Assembly (NCBI GenBank): GCA_963698385.1
Contig: CAVOQP010000006.1
Location: forward strand, 880,589 to 944,588
Direction of reading: 5' to 3'
From: an uncultured Acidimicrobiia bacterium
Lineage (GTDB): Bacteria > Actinomycetota > Acidimicrobiia > Spongiisociales > JAENVV01
Length of the DNA: 64,000 nt
Shown piece by piece: positions 9,461-19,505 of the stretch. A model generated the notes under the pieces. That model saw only the letters and a list, made by a program, of their open reading frames with translations. It had not been told where the DNA came from and searched no databases. Position 1 is the stretch's first letter. Every line of letters starts with the position of its first letter. Both the position numbers and the translations under genes were made by a program.

Positions 9461-11101
9461 GTGGCCATGCTCGCGCCACAGCGCACGTTCGATGACCTCG
9501 GCACCCCCCTCTTCGACGTCCCGTTCGTCGTGCTCGACCTCGAGACAACCGGGGGTTCCCACCAGGGCGATGCCATCACTGAGGTCGGTGCGGTGAAGCT
9601 TCACCGCGGGGAAGTGGTCGGGGAGTTCCAGACCCTCGTGAACCCGGGCGTCCCGATTCCGCCCTCCATCACCATCCTCACCGGCATCACCCACGCGATG
9701 GTGATCGACGCGCCTCCCATCGAGCAGGTGCTCCCGGCCCTCATGGAGTTCATCGGTGGAGCGGTGTTCGTCGCCCACAACGTCGGTTTCGATGCGGGCT
9801 TCATCCGGTCGGCCTGCGCCGCCAACGGCTACGAGTTCCCCAATCGCACACTCGACACGGTCCGACTCGCCCGGAGACTCCTCCGCAACGAGACCCGCAA
9901 CCTCAAGCTCTCGACGCTCGCCGCATTCTTCCGCTCCCCCACCGTCCCGACCCACCGGGCCCTCGAGGATGCGCGGGCCACGGCCCATGTCTTCCATGGC
10001 CTGCTGGAGCGGGCTGGAACGCTCGGCATCACGGGTCTGGAGGACCTTCTCGCACTCCCCAAAGCCTCGGGAAGTCCCACCTACGAGAAGCTCTCCCTCA
10101 CCGACGGGCTCCCCCGCCGGCCCGGGGTGTACCTGTTCCGCGATCGTCATGGCGAGGTCATCTACGTCGGCAAAGCCAAGAACCTGAGGACGCGGGTCCG
10201 GTCCTACTTCTACGGGGACACCCGCAAGTCGGTCGCCACCATGCTGCGGGAGCTCCAACAGGTCGATCACATCGTCTGCCCAACCGAGCTCGAGGCCACC
10301 GTCACGGAGGTGCGCCTCATCCACGCCCACCGTCCGCGCCACAACCGACGCTCCCGACCGCCGAAAGCCTCACACTGGGTGCGCCTCACCGACGAGCAGT
10401 TCCCGCGCCTGTCGCTTGCCCGGACGCACCGGCCTGACGACCCGTTCGCCCTCGGGCCATTCCGCTCCCGCAAGGCGGCTGAAGTGGTCATGCACGCCCT
10501 GTGGGACGCGCTCCCGATCAGGCGCTGCTCCGGACGGCCGGGGTCACGGGAGGGTCGGTGTCAGTACGCCCAACTCGGTGTTGCGCTCTGCCCGTGTGCC
10601 GGTGACCTCACGATCGAGGAGTACGCGCCGACCATCGACCTTCTCCGTCGGGGCATTGCCGAGGACCCGACGTTCCTCCTCGACCCCATCGCCGACCGCA
10701 TGCGGATCTACTCGGCGTCGCACCGATTCGAGGAAGCGGGATGGCTGCGCGACCGGCATCGAGCACTCGCCCGGGCGCTGCGCCAACGCCGGAACTGGGA
10801 GCTCCTCCTCTCTGCGAAGCAGGTCGTCGCCCGTCGTGGTACCGAGACGGCGGTGTTCGACGGTGGCTACTTCCTTGCCAGTTGGCAGGGTGCCGAGCCT
10901 CCGCTGCTCCCGCCGCCTTCGGATCCCGAGCTCATGAGCACGCCCCCGGACGCCCTGGTGGCTGAAGAGGTCGACCTCGTGTGGAGGTTCCTCGCTGACC
11001 CAGCGACCATCGTCCTGGAATCCGGGGACGTTCCCGCATCGGCGTTCCGGGAAGAGGCCGAGTGGCTCTCAGAAGCAGAGGGCTACTTGCGAGCTTCATA
11101 G
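9461..11101 (+). CDS. DEDDh 3'-5' exonuclease (DnaQ-like) fused to GIY-YIG nuclease domain (Rv2191-like)
   Basis: Exo I VVLDLETTG, Exo III HRALEDARA; GIY-YIG core PGVYLFRDRHGEVIYVGKAKNLRTRVRSY. Confidence 0.8.
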   Translation: MAMLAPQRTFDDLGTPLFDVPFVVLDLETTGGSHQGDAITEVGAVKLHRGEVVGEFQTLVNPGVPIPPSITILTGITHAMVIDAPPIEQVLPALMEFIGGAVFVAHNVGFDAGFIRSACAANGYEFPNRTLDTVRLARRLLRNETRNLKLSTLAAFFRSPTVPTHRALEDARATAHVFHGLLERAGTLGITGLEDLLALPKASGSPTYEKLSLTDGLPRRPGVYLFRDRHGEVIYVGKAKNLRTRVRSYFYGDTRKSVATMLRELQQVDHIVCPTELEATVTEVRLIHAHRPRHNRRSRPPKASHWVRLTDEQFPRLSLARTHRPDDPFALGPFRSRKAAEVVMHALWDALPIRRCSGRPGSREGRCQYAQLGVALCPCAGDLTIEEYAPTIDLLRRGIAEDPTFLLDPIADRMRIYSASHRFEEAGWLRDRHRALARALRQRRNWELLLSAKQVVARRGTETAVFDGGYFLASWQGAEPPLLPPPSDPELMSTPPDALVAEEVDLVWRFLADPATIVLESGDVPASAFREEAEWLSEAEGYLRAS

Positions 11102-11200
11102 AGGGACTGAGGACTGAGGACCTACCTCACCAGTCCCCAATCCGTCGTTCCCCCGTCGTCCCCCGTCCTCAGTCCCCGGTCCCCAGTCCTCAGTCCTCTG
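11102..11200. repeat. 13-bp perfect inverted repeat (gaggactgaggac ... gtcctcagtcctc) flanking a 64-nt C-rich spacer with GTCCCC repeats; REP-like element or terminator
   Basis: read directly: left arm 11109-11121, right arm 11186-11198. Confidence 0.5.
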
Positions 11201-11212
11201 TAGCCTGCGCCG

Positions 11213-13225
11213 ATGCGCTTCACGCTCCGTCCCGGGACCGACCCGTCGGCCGTCGCCGACCGGACGATGCTCACAGCCCTTGGCCTCCCTGGGGGTGGTG
11301 TGGTCCGTTGCGGGGAGACCCACGTGGCGGTGAAGCCGGGGGATACGCCCTCCCCGACCGTCCTCCTCATCGGCCCGCAGACACTCGCCAACTCCGGCAG
11401 CGCCTACGGCTCGTCGGTCGACATCCAGCGGGCGCTCCTCGGCCCAGCCACCCTCGTTCGCCTTGACGCCGAAGACCTTCCTGCCCCAGCACCCCGCCTC
11501 ATGGACGCTCTCGGGGGACGGCCGGTGACGATCGGCGACACGGTGACGATCGACCGTGTCCACCTCCCCGACTCCAGCGAGTCCGCCACGATGCGGGTCC
11601 TCGGCGTGGAACCGGGGCCAGCCGCCCGTATCGGACCCACCACCCGATTCGCCCGCCGCGATGAGCACATCGACGCCCGACTCCCCGGTGGGATACGTGC
11701 CGAGGACCCCGTGGCGGCCGCCACCAGCGCCAAGGTCGGTGTCACCCGGGAAGAGGCACTCCTCGCCGGCCTGGAAGTCGAACTCGAGACCCTGACGGGT
11801 TGGCTACGCCTCCTGGCCGGTCCCGGTGACCTCCCGGCAGCCTGGGGGCTCCCAGCGGTGGCCGGGGTGATCCTCGAGGCACCACCCGGGTGCGGGGGTC
11901 CTGAGCTCACCGCGAGGGCAGCCGCCGCCGCCGGCGTCCACCTCCATGAGATCTCCCTCGACCTCGTCTTCAAGCCAGCCCGCCTGCTCGACCTCCTCGA
12001 GCAGGCCGTGAAGAACACGCCGCGCCCCAGTGTCATCCATGTCGACCGGATCGAGTCGGTGGCGGGGAGTGAGGCCATGGCACCGTTCAAGAGCCAAGTG
12101 GCGGCGATCTTCCGCTGGTTCCTCGACTCGGTGGCGGACGCCCCCGGCCTCGCGGTGGTGCTCGGGGTGACCTCTGCCAGCGCGGTCGACGCCTCTTTGG
12201 CCGAGTCGGCACTCCTTCCCCGGGTTCTTCGCATTCCGCCTCCCGACACCAAGCGCAGGGCGCTCCTCTTCGAATCTGCTCTCGGTCGGGTGCCGACCGA
12301 CGACATCGACTACGACCATCTGGCCTCTCGTTCGCCCGGCTTCAGCGGCGCCGACATCCTGGCGGCTGTCATCCACGCCACCGCCAAGGGTCTCGACAAC
12401 GGCCCACTCACGACCGAGGACGTCAGCGAGGCAGTGGCAGACACGCGGCCATCCCTGGGCGCAATCTCGCTCGGCGAGATCCCGTCGTACGGGTTCGACA
12501 AGGTCGCCAACCTCGTCCATGTCAAGGAGCGCCTCACCGAGTCGGTCATCTGGCCGATGACCCGACCCGACACCTTCCGTCGACTCGGTATCGAGCCCCC
12601 GAAGGGAATGCTCCTCCACGGCCCACCGGGCACTGGCAAGACCTTCGTCATCCGGGCGCTAGCCAACGAGGCTGGGGCGGCGTTCTTTCCTGTGAAGGGT
12701 GCCGAACTGCTCGACAAGTTCGTCGGGGAGTCGGAACGGGCGGTGCGGGACACATTCTCCCGAGCCCGCGCTGCGGCACCGTCGATCCTGTTCTTCGACG
12801 AACTCGATGCCCTGGCGCCGGTGCGTGGCTCTTCGACCAACAACGTCACCGACTCGGTGGTGGCTGCCCTTCTCACCGAGCTTGACGGGATTGGGGGCCG
12901 CGGGGAGGTATTCGTGATCGGGGCCACAAACCGAAAGGACCTGATCGACCCGGCACTCCTCCGAGCAGGCCGGTTCGAAGTCCATCTCGAACTGGGGTTC
13001 CCAGAGAAGGAGGCCCGGCGCGCCCTTCTCGACATCGTCGACATCCCGTTCGACGAGACGGTCGACCTCGACGTGCTCGCCGCCTCCACCGAGGGCCTCT
13101 CCTTCGCCGACATCACCGGGCTGCTGCGGGAGGCGGCGTTGCAGGCCCTGCGGCGGGACGAACATGCACTCGACGTCGGACGCACGGAGCTCGACGCCGC
13201 CCTGGAGCATTACCGCAACCGCTGA
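11213..13225 (+). CDS. CDC48/VCP-like double-ring AAA+ ATPase (Cpa-like); D1 degenerate, D2 canonical
   Basis: degenerate Walker A EAPPGCGGPELT in D1; canonical GPPGTGKT, Walker B ILFFDELD, arginine finger region in D2. Confidence 0.8.
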   Translation: MRFTLRPGTDPSAVADRTMLTALGLPGGGVVRCGETHVAVKPGDTPSPTVLLIGPQTLANSGSAYGSSVDIQRALLGPATLVRLDAEDLPAPAPRLMDALGGRPVTIGDTVTIDRVHLPDSSESATMRVLGVEPGPAARIGPTTRFARRDEHIDARLPGGIRAEDPVAAATSAKVGVTREEALLAGLEVELETLTGWLRLLAGPGDLPAAWGLPAVAGVILEAPPGCGGPELTARAAAAAGVHLHEISLDLVFKPARLLDLLEQAVKNTPRPSVIHVDRIESVAGSEAMAPFKSQVAAIFRWFLDSVADAPGLAVVLGVTSASAVDASLAESALLPRVLRIPPPDTKRRALLFESALGRVPTDDIDYDHLASRSPGFSGADILAAVIHATAKGLDNGPLTTEDVSEAVADTRPSLGAISLGEIPSYGFDKVANLVHVKERLTESVIWPMTRPDTFRRLGIEPPKGMLLHGPPGTGKTFVIRALANEAGAAFFPVKGAELLDKFVGESERAVRDTFSRARAAAPSILFFDELDALAPVRGSSTNNVTDSVVAALLTELDGIGGRGEVFVIGATNRKDLIDPALLRAGRFEVHLELGFPEKEARRALLDIVDIPFDETVDLDVLAASTEGLSFADITGLLREAALQALRRDEHALDVGRTELDAALEHYRNR

Positions 13226-13284
13226 TCCTCCGATGAATGCGAAACGCGCCACCGGTAGCCTGACGAGGAGGAGGAGGTAGGTGC

Positions 13285-14574
13285 ATGGCAGACCAGCACG
13301 AATTCGGTTTCGCGACAAGGGCGATCCACGCGGGTCAACGGCCCGATCCCGAGACCGGAGCGCGGGCCATGCCCATCTACGCCACGACCTCGTTCGTGTT
13401 CGACGACGCCCAACACGCCGCCGACCTCTTCGCCCTCCAGACGTACGGCAATATCTACAGCCGTATCGGCAACCCGACGACAGCGGCTTTCGAGGAGTGC
13501 ATGGCTTCGCTCGAGGGCGGACTGGGGGCGGTGGCCACCGCGTCGGGTCTATCGGCGCAGCTCATCGCCATCCTGGCGATCGCCCAGCAGGGTGACGCGA
13601 TAGTCGCCTCGAACGCCCTCTACGGGGGTACGTACACGCAGCTCGACGTCACGCTGCGGAGAATGGGCATCGACGTGACGTTCGTCGACTTCGCCGACCC
13701 CGCGAGGGTGGAGCGGGCGATCTCCGAGAGGACCAAGGCGCTGTATGCCGAGACGATCGGCAATCCCAGCGGCACCGTGCTCGACATCGCTGGCTATGCG
13801 GACATGGCCCATCGCCACGAGATCCCGCTCATCGTCGACAGCACGTTTGCCACGCCCTACCTGTGTCGGCCCATCGAGCACGGAGCCGACATCGTCGTGC
13901 ATTCGGCGACCAAGTTCATTGGAGGCCACGGTGCGGTGCTCGGAGGCGTCATCGTCGAATCGGGGACGTTCCCGTTCGACAACGGCAGGTTCCCCCTCCT
14001 GGTCGAGCCATCACCCGCGTATCACGGACTCACATTCTGGGAGAACTTCCGGGAGTACGCCTATCTGACGCGGGCCAGGCTGGAAGTGCTGCGCGACATC
14101 GGCTCGGCGATTTCGCCGTTCAACTCCTTCCTGATGCTCCTGGGCCTCGAGACACTGCCCCTCCGAATGAAACAGCACGTGGAGAACGCCAAAGGTGTCG
14201 CCCACTTCCTGGCCGATCATCCGGCTGTGTCCTGGGTCAAGTTCCCGATCTTCGAGGACAACCCGTGGACTCCGCTTGCCGAGCGCTACCTCCCCGAAGG
14301 GCCGGGAGCCATCTTCACGTTCGGGTTGGCGGGCGGCTACGAAGCCGGCGAGCGCTTCATCGAACGCGTGGAGCTGGCCTCGCACCTGGCCAACGTCGGC
14401 GACGCCAAGACCCTCGTGATCCACCCGGCCTCGACGACCCATCAACAGGTGCCTGAGGCCGAGCGGGCCGAGATGGGTATCGGGGCGGACACAATCCGCA
14501 TATCGGTGGGTATAGAGACCCTCAGCGACATCATCTGGGACCTCGGCCAGGCACTTGAGGAGTCAGAGGGATGA
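13285..14574 (+). CDS. metY: O-acetylhomoserine aminocarboxypropyltransferase (O-acetylhomoserine sulfhydrylase), PLP-dependent
   Basis: N-terminus [10 protein letters not shown]..., Cys/Met-metabolism PLP family segments; strong RBS gaggaggagg upstream. Confidence 0.85.
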   Translation: MADQHEFGFATRAIHAGQRPDPETGARAMPIYATTSFVFDDAQHAADLFALQTYGNIYSRIGNPTTAAFEECMASLEGGLGAVATASGLSAQLIAILAIAQQGDAIVASNALYGGTYTQLDVTLRRMGIDVTFVDFADPARVERAISERTKALYAETIGNPSGTVLDIAGYADMAHRHEIPLIVDSTFATPYLCRPIEHGADIVVHSATKFIGGHGAVLGGVIVESGTFPFDNGRFPLLVEPSPAYHGLTFWENFREYAYLTRARLEVLRDIGSAISPFNSFLMLLGLETLPLRMKQHVENAKGVAHFLADHPAVSWVKFPIFEDNPWTPLAERYLPEGPGAIFTFGLAGGYEAGERFIERVELASHLANVGDAKTLVIHPASTTHQQVPEAERAEMGIGADTIRISVGIETLSDIIWDLGQALEESEG

Positions 14575-15062
14575 CGGTCGCCGCCGCCGCACCGCCGGAT
14601 GCCACCGCACGCGAGCGGCTGAGGATCATCCGCAACGCACATTCGATCGTCCTGGTGGGTGTATCGGCCAATCCGCTCCGCTCATCGAATTTCGTCGCGA
14701 CCTACCTGGTCCGCACGCCGTATCGCGTCTATTGCGTGAACCCCCTGTATGACGAGGTCCTGGGGCTGAGGTGCTACCCGACCCTCGCCGACCTTCCCGA
14801 GGTACCCGACATCGTCGATGTGTTCCGGACTCGTGACGCACTGCCGACGACCACGGACGAGGCCATCGCAATCGGGGCGCCAACGATCTGGTTCCAGCTC
14901 GGGTTGCGCCACGACGAGGCGGCGCGGAAGGCCCTCGACGCCGGGATGAACGTCGTCCAGGATCGCTGTCTGAAGATCGAGCACGCCCGCTTCAGCGGCA
15001 AGCTCCACCTCGGTGGCTTCGATACCGGGGTGATCAGCAGCAAGCGACGCCGCCCGATCTGA
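14571..15062 (+). CDS. CoA-binding domain protein (YccU-like)
   Basis: ATGA overlap with metY; IVLVGVS...NF core typical of CoA-binding PF13380; commonly linked to metY. Confidence 0.6.
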   Translation: MTVAAAAPPDATARERLRIIRNAHSIVLVGVSANPLRSSNFVATYLVRTPYRVYCVNPLYDEVLGLRCYPTLADLPEVPDIVDVFRTRDALPTTTDEAIAIGAPTIWFQLGLRHDEAARKALDAGMNVVQDRCLKIEHARFSGKLHLGGFDTGVISSKRRRPI

Positions 15063-15117
15063 ACGGCGGGAGCGGGTTCTCAACCCGAACGTCGGTTGCC
15101 GGCGGGGGCACGCAGCC

Positions 15118-15534
15118 CTACGGCATCGCCTTGCCGAGCAGGTCGATCAACTGCCGGAGTTCGACCTCAGAGAGCTCCCTCCCAATGGGGAGGCTCCGGA
15201 GCATCTCGTGCTCGAAGCGAACGCGGGCCGTGCGTCCCTTCTCGGTGAGGACGAGGTTGCGGGCCCGGCGGTCGTTCGGGTCGGGTTGACGCTCCACCAG
15301 GCCGGACTTCTCGAGGCTATCGGCGATCGCCGTCACGTAGGACTTGTCGATCCCCAGGCGGTCACCCAGTGCTCCCATGTGGCATGGGTCCTCCAGGTGT
15401 TGTAGCGCCCACATTTGTGGCGGGGTGAGGTCGGACGACTCGACCGTCTGGAGGATGTGCGTCCGCACAACCTTGCCGAGGCTCCGCAGCAGCCTCGCCA
15501 GTTCCGTCATGAGTTGTGCGCTTTGGTCCGGCAT
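15118..15534 (-). CDS. MarR family transcriptional regulator
   Basis: winged-helix segment LTPPQMWALQHLED...GLVERQPDPNDRRARNLVLTEKG; divergent from drrAB. Confidence 0.8.
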   Translation of the reverse strand: MPDQSAQLMTELARLLRSLGKVVRTHILQTVESSDLTPPQMWALQHLEDPCHMGALGDRLGIDKSYVTAIADSLEKSGLVERQPDPNDRRARNLVLTEKGRTARVRFEHEMLRSLPIGRELSEVELRQLIDLLGKAMP

Positions 15535-15598
15535 TGAAGCCTCGTTGCTTCCTGGAGGAATAGTTTACACTCCCAACCAATCCCAAGGAGACGACACA

Positions 15599-16585
15599 GT
15601 GACGACAAACGCCGTTGAGGTTGAAGGGGTGAGCAGGCTCTTCGGGGAGACCGTCGCGCTCGACAACCTCTCACTCAGCTTCGAGCCCGGCATCGTCTAC
15701 GGCCTGCTGGGCCCGAATGGCGCCGGAAAGACCACGATCATCCGAGTCCTCACGACCCTGCTCAAGCCAAGCGGGGGCCTCGCCCGGGTGTTCGGGCTCG
15801 ACGTCTCCAAGCACCCGAACGAGGTTCGCTCACGGATCGGACTTGCCGGCCAGTACGCGGCAGTCGACGAGTTCCAGACGGGCCGCGAAAACGTCGAGAT
15901 GGTCGGCAAGCTCTACAACCTGTCGGCAAGGGACGCCGAGAAGCGCGCCGAGGAGGTGCTCGAACGGATTCGCCTCACCGACGCTGCCGATCGTCAGGTC
16001 AAGACCTACTCAGGGGGCATGCGTCGCCGCCTCGACCTTGCCGCTTCGATGGTGGGCAAGCCCGACCTCCTCTTCCTCGATGAGCCCACGACCGGCATCG
16101 ACCCCCGGAGCCGCCTCGACCTGTGGGAACTCATCGAAGACCTCGTGAAGGAGGGCATGACGGTCCTGCTCACCACCCAGTATCTCGACGAGGCCGATCG
16201 TCTCGCCGATCGGATCGGGGTGATCGACCACGGCCGCCTCATCGCCGAGGGCACGGAGTCGGAGTTGAAGCTCCAGGTTGGGGGCGAGGTGGTCGAGACA
16301 ACGGTCCGACCCGAGAACCTCGACCGCGCGGTCGCAGCCATCCAGGCCACCACTCGCCAGGAAGCCCGCGTGGTCGGCCAGACCGTGACGGTCCCGGCCG
16401 GCGAGGGCGCACTCACGCTCGCCGGCGTCATCCGGGCCCTCGACGAGATCGGCGTGCACCCCACTGATATCGGGGTTCGCCGCCCCACCCTCAACGACGT
16501 CTTCCTCACCCTCACCGGCCACCAGGCCGAGGACGAGGCGGAACCCGACCCAACGAGTCGCCGTGGCAGGAGGAGCCGACCATGA
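15599..16585 (+). CDS. ABC transporter ATP-binding protein, DrrA-like
   Basis: Walker A GPNGAGKTT, signature YSGGMRRRL, Walker B LLFLDEPTTG; GTG start 8 nt after aaggag RBS. Confidence 0.85.
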   Translation: MTTNAVEVEGVSRLFGETVALDNLSLSFEPGIVYGLLGPNGAGKTTIIRVLTTLLKPSGGLARVFGLDVSKHPNEVRSRIGLAGQYAAVDEFQTGRENVEMVGKLYNLSARDAEKRAEEVLERIRLTDAADRQVKTYSGGMRRRLDLAASMVGKPDLLFLDEPTTGIDPRSRLDLWELIEDLVKEGMTVLLTTQYLDEADRLADRIGVIDHGRLIAEGTESELKLQVGGEVVETTVRPENLDRAVAAIQATTRQEARVVGQTVTVPAGEGALTLAGVIRALDEIGVHPTDIGVRRPTLNDVFLTLTGHQAEDEAEPDPTSRRGRRSRP

Positions 16586-17373
16586 CCACCATTTCCTTTG
16601 CTTCCGGAGTGCGCCACACGGCGATCCTCACCCGCCGCAACCTGTTGCGGGTGACCCGCCTCCCGCAACTCATCGTCTTCACCGCCATCCAGCCGGTCAT
16701 GTTCCTCGTCCTCTTCAACTACGTCTTCGGCGGGGCGCTCTCCTTCGGAGGACCGATCTCGCAGGCCGGCGGCTACATCAACTGGCTCATCCCGGGGATT
16801 CTCCTGCAGAGCGTCGTGTTCGGGTCGTCTGCGACCGCGATCGGCCTCACCGACGACCTGGCCAAGGGGGTCATCGATCGCTTTCGCTCGCTCCCGATGT
16901 CGCGTTCTGCGGTGTTGGCGGCCCGGACGATCGCCGACGTGGTCCGTATGGGCTTCGTGACCCTCCTCATGCTCGGGGTTGGCACGCTCATGGGATGGGA
17001 GTACCAGCACGGGTTCTGGCGGATGACCCTGGGCTGGGTCCTGGCGCTCTCGTTCGGCTATGCGATGACCTGGGTGATGGCGACCATCGGGTTGTTGGTC
17101 AAGGATCCCGAGACGGCGCAGATAGCAGGCTTCCTGCCGCTGTTCCCGCTCGTCTTCGCGAGTTCCGTGTTCGTCCCCACCCAGACGATGCCGTCATGGC
17201 TCCAGACCTTCGCCGACGTCCAGCCCATCACCATCATCACCAACGCCATTCGCGGGCTCATGCTCACCGGTGAGACGGGTGACTACGTGTGGCAGGCGAT
17301 CCTGTGGGTCGGCGCCCTGCTGGCGGTGTTCGTCCCCTTGGCGGTGCGCATGTACAAGAGGGCCAACGACTGA
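16582..17373 (+). CDS. ABC-2 family transporter permease, DrrB-like
   Basis: ATGA overlap with ATPase gene; six hydrophobic segments; ABC-2 type. Confidence 0.75.
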   Translation: MTTISFASGVRHTAILTRRNLLRVTRLPQLIVFTAIQPVMFLVLFNYVFGGALSFGGPISQAGGYINWLIPGILLQSVVFGSSATAIGLTDDLAKGVIDRFRSLPMSRSAVLAARTIADVVRMGFVTLLMLGVGTLMGWEYQHGFWRMTLGWVLALSFGYAMTWVMATIGLLVKDPETAQIAGFLPLFPLVFASSVFVPTQTMPSWLQTFADVQPITIITNAIRGLMLTGETGDYVWQAILWVGALLAVFVPLAVRMYKRAND

Positions 17374-17403
17374 CCGACCCGGGCCGGCGTCTTCCGTGGG
17401 ACA

Positions 17404-17646
17404 ATGATCGAGATGATCGAATCCACAACAGAGACGAAGACGGAACCCGTCACCTCCGAAGGCGACCATGACCGGTTCGCCCACTACGTTCGCAAGGAGG
17501 ACATCCTGCGTGCCAACGTCGAGGGGGTCGAGGTCGTTGCCCTGTGCGGGAAGAAGTGGATTCCCAATCGTGATCCAAGCCGGTACCCGGTCTGTCCGAC
17601 CTGCAAGGAGATCATGAGCGTCCTGCGGGGCGCCTCAGGGAACTGA
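17404..17646 (+). CDS. DUF3039 domain protein
   Basis: FAHYVRKED...VALCGKKWIPNRDPSRYPVCPTCKEI matches DUF3039 conserved core. Confidence 0.65.
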   Translation: MIEMIESTTETKTEPVTSEGDHDRFAHYVRKEDILRANVEGVEVVALCGKKWIPNRDPSRYPVCPTCKEIMSVLRGASGN

Positions 17647-17824
17647 GCGGTCCCCTTCCGGTCAATGCCCGGGGCCGGTTGCCCGGTTGACCTCCCGCTG
17701 CCCACTCGTGAGGTCATACGGGTGTAGCGCGGCAGCCCGCCCTCGGCGCAGCGACCGGCCGACGAGGGTCTCGACCAACTCGGCCAGGCGAGGGCCACGC
17801 CCCGGCTCGTAGTGGTGTCGGGCA

Positions 17825-18223
17825 TCAGGCATCAAGGGAGGCCATGACCCTCACCAGGCGTTCACGGGCTTCTGCCGCCACCGCCATCATCGCCGGCGTC
17901 TCACTGAGGCCAGCCATGATGCCCGGATCCATCGCTGCAATCACCGTGCCCTCGTCTGTGGCGTACACCACGACGTTGCAGGGCAAGAGGAGGCCTATCT
18001 CCGCCTCAGCCAACAACGCCCGGTTGGCGAGCGGTGGGTTGCAGGCTCCAAGGATCTTGTAGGGGGCGCGGTCGACGCCGATCTTCTCCTTGAGAGTGGC
18101 TGCGACGTCGATCTCCGTCAGGATCCCGAATCCTTCGGCAGCCAGGGCAGTTCGCGTGCGCTCCTCGGCCGTGGCCACGTCGTCATCCACGACCACCTTC
18201 AATCCGTACCGGTTCTCTTCCAT
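17825..18223 (-). CDS. DUF302 domain protein
   Basis: size and pattern (EGFGILTEIDVAATLKEKIG...YKILGACNP) typical of DUF302. Confidence 0.55.
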   Translation of the reverse strand: MEENRYGLKVVVDDDVATAEERTRTALAAEGFGILTEIDVAATLKEKIGVDRAPYKILGACNPPLANRALLAEAEIGLLLPCNVVVYATDEGTVIAAMDPGIMAGLSETPAMMAVAAEARERLVRVMASLDA

Positions 18224-18307
18224 GCTCTACTCCAGTAGCGATCCGGGGTGAAGCTACCGTACCCGGGACAAGGCCGAGCGATCCACACCGACCCGATCGG
18301 AGCTGAC

Positions 18308-19066
18308 ATGTCCGCCCCCTCCGTCATCGTCACCGGCTCCTCCCGGGGCATCGGCCTCGCCGCGGCCCGAGAACTCGCCGCCCAGGGAGCCAACGTCGTC
18401 CTGTTCGCCCGTTCGGCGGACGCCCTCGAGGCCGCCAGTCGCCAGCTTCCTGGCTCGACCTTGGCCATCTCCGGCGACATCGCATCCGCTCGCGACCGCA
18501 GTCGGCTTGTCGAGGGGACCCTGTACGCGTTCGGGGGCATCACGGCCGTGGTGAACAACGCCGCCATCCTCGCTCCGCTCGGCCCAATCGCCGACGTGAG
18601 CCCCGAGGAGTGGGACGAAGCGCTCTCCATCAACGTGACCGGCGCAGCCGCCCTCGTTGGACTCGCAGCTGACGCCCTGCGGCAGAGCGAGGGACGCGTG
18701 ATCAATGTCTCCTCGGGCGCCGCGGTCACCCCCATCCAGGGAGCCGGGGTCTACAGCGTCACCAAGGCGGCACTCAAGATGTGGACCGAAGTCCTGGCCG
18801 CGGAGGAGCCGTCCATCACCTCGATCGCGGTGCGGCCCGGGGTGGTGGCGACCGCCATGCAGGAGACCATCCGGGGTGAAGGCGCGGCGAGGTTGCCGAC
18901 CGAGACATACCGTCGGTTCGTGGCCTACCACGAGGACGGCGCCCTGCTCGACCCATCGATCCCCGGGCAGGTGATCGCGGCCCTCGCCCTGGCCGCACCC
19001 CACGAGTGGAGTGGCGAGCAGCTCAACTGGAACGATCCCAAGGTCCTGGCTCTCGCAGGCCAATAG
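18308..19066 (+). CDS. SDR family oxidoreductase
   Basis: TGSSRGIG Rossmann motif; catalytic YxxxK (YSVTKAALK). Confidence 0.8.
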   Translation: MSAPSVIVTGSSRGIGLAAARELAAQGANVVLFARSADALEAASRQLPGSTLAISGDIASARDRSRLVEGTLYAFGGITAVVNNAAILAPLGPIADVSPEEWDEALSINVTGAAALVGLAADALRQSEGRVINVSSGAAVTPIQGAGVYSVTKAALKMWTEVLAAEEPSITSIAVRPGVVATAMQETIRGEGAARLPTETYRRFVAYHEDGALLDPSIPGQVIAALALAAPHEWSGEQLNWNDPKVLALAGQ

Positions 19067-19103
19067 GCAGTTTCCGGAAGATGATCCACCCCTCCCCGGT
19101 TGT

Positions 19104-19505
19104 ATGACCCACATGACCTCGATGGCCCAACTCCTCAATGAGCCCGGCACCACCGTGGCGCTCGTCGGCGCCACGGACGCGCCCTGGAAGTACGGCAACA
19201 CGATTCTTCGCAACCTCCGGGGAAAGGGATTCACCGTCTTCGCCGTGAACCGAGACCGCGAGACGGTCGCCGGGGATCCCGCGTACGCCACCCTGGCCGA
19301 CCTCCCCGAGCGCCCCACGATCATCAACGTGGTTGTCCCGCCGCCCGAAGGGCCAGGGATCGTCCGCCAGGTGGCCGAGTTGGGCTGGGATCACGTGTGG
19401 TTCCAGCCGGGTGCCGAATCCGCCGCGGCCCGTGAAGTCGCCGAGGAGTTGGGGGTCACGATCCTCGACGACGCATGCACGATGGTCGTGGCACGGCGCC
19501 GCTGA
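19104..19505 (+). CDS. CoA-binding domain protein (second copy)
   Basis: VALVGATD...WKYGN...G core similar to 14571-15062 product. Confidence 0.55.
   Translation: MTHMTSMAQLLNEPGTTVALVGATDAPWKYGNTILRNLRGKGFTVFAVNRDRETVAGDPAYATLADLPERPTIINVVVPPPEGPGIVRQVAELGWDHVWFQPGAESAAAREVAEELGVTILDDACTMVVARRR

Noticed and set aside
13226-13284. Possible SAM-IV riboswitch upstream of metY
   Set aside because: Only 59 nt of non-coding sequence and no recognisable SAM-IV conserved segments; the strong SD gaggaggagg explains the region.
16006-17010. 334-aa ORF antisense to drrA/drrB
   Set aside because: Low-complexity Arg/Glu/Asp-rich; the sense strand encodes the ABC ATPase and permease.
18254-19327. 357-aa ORF antisense to SDR gene
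   Set aside because: Gly/Arg-rich antisense artefact.
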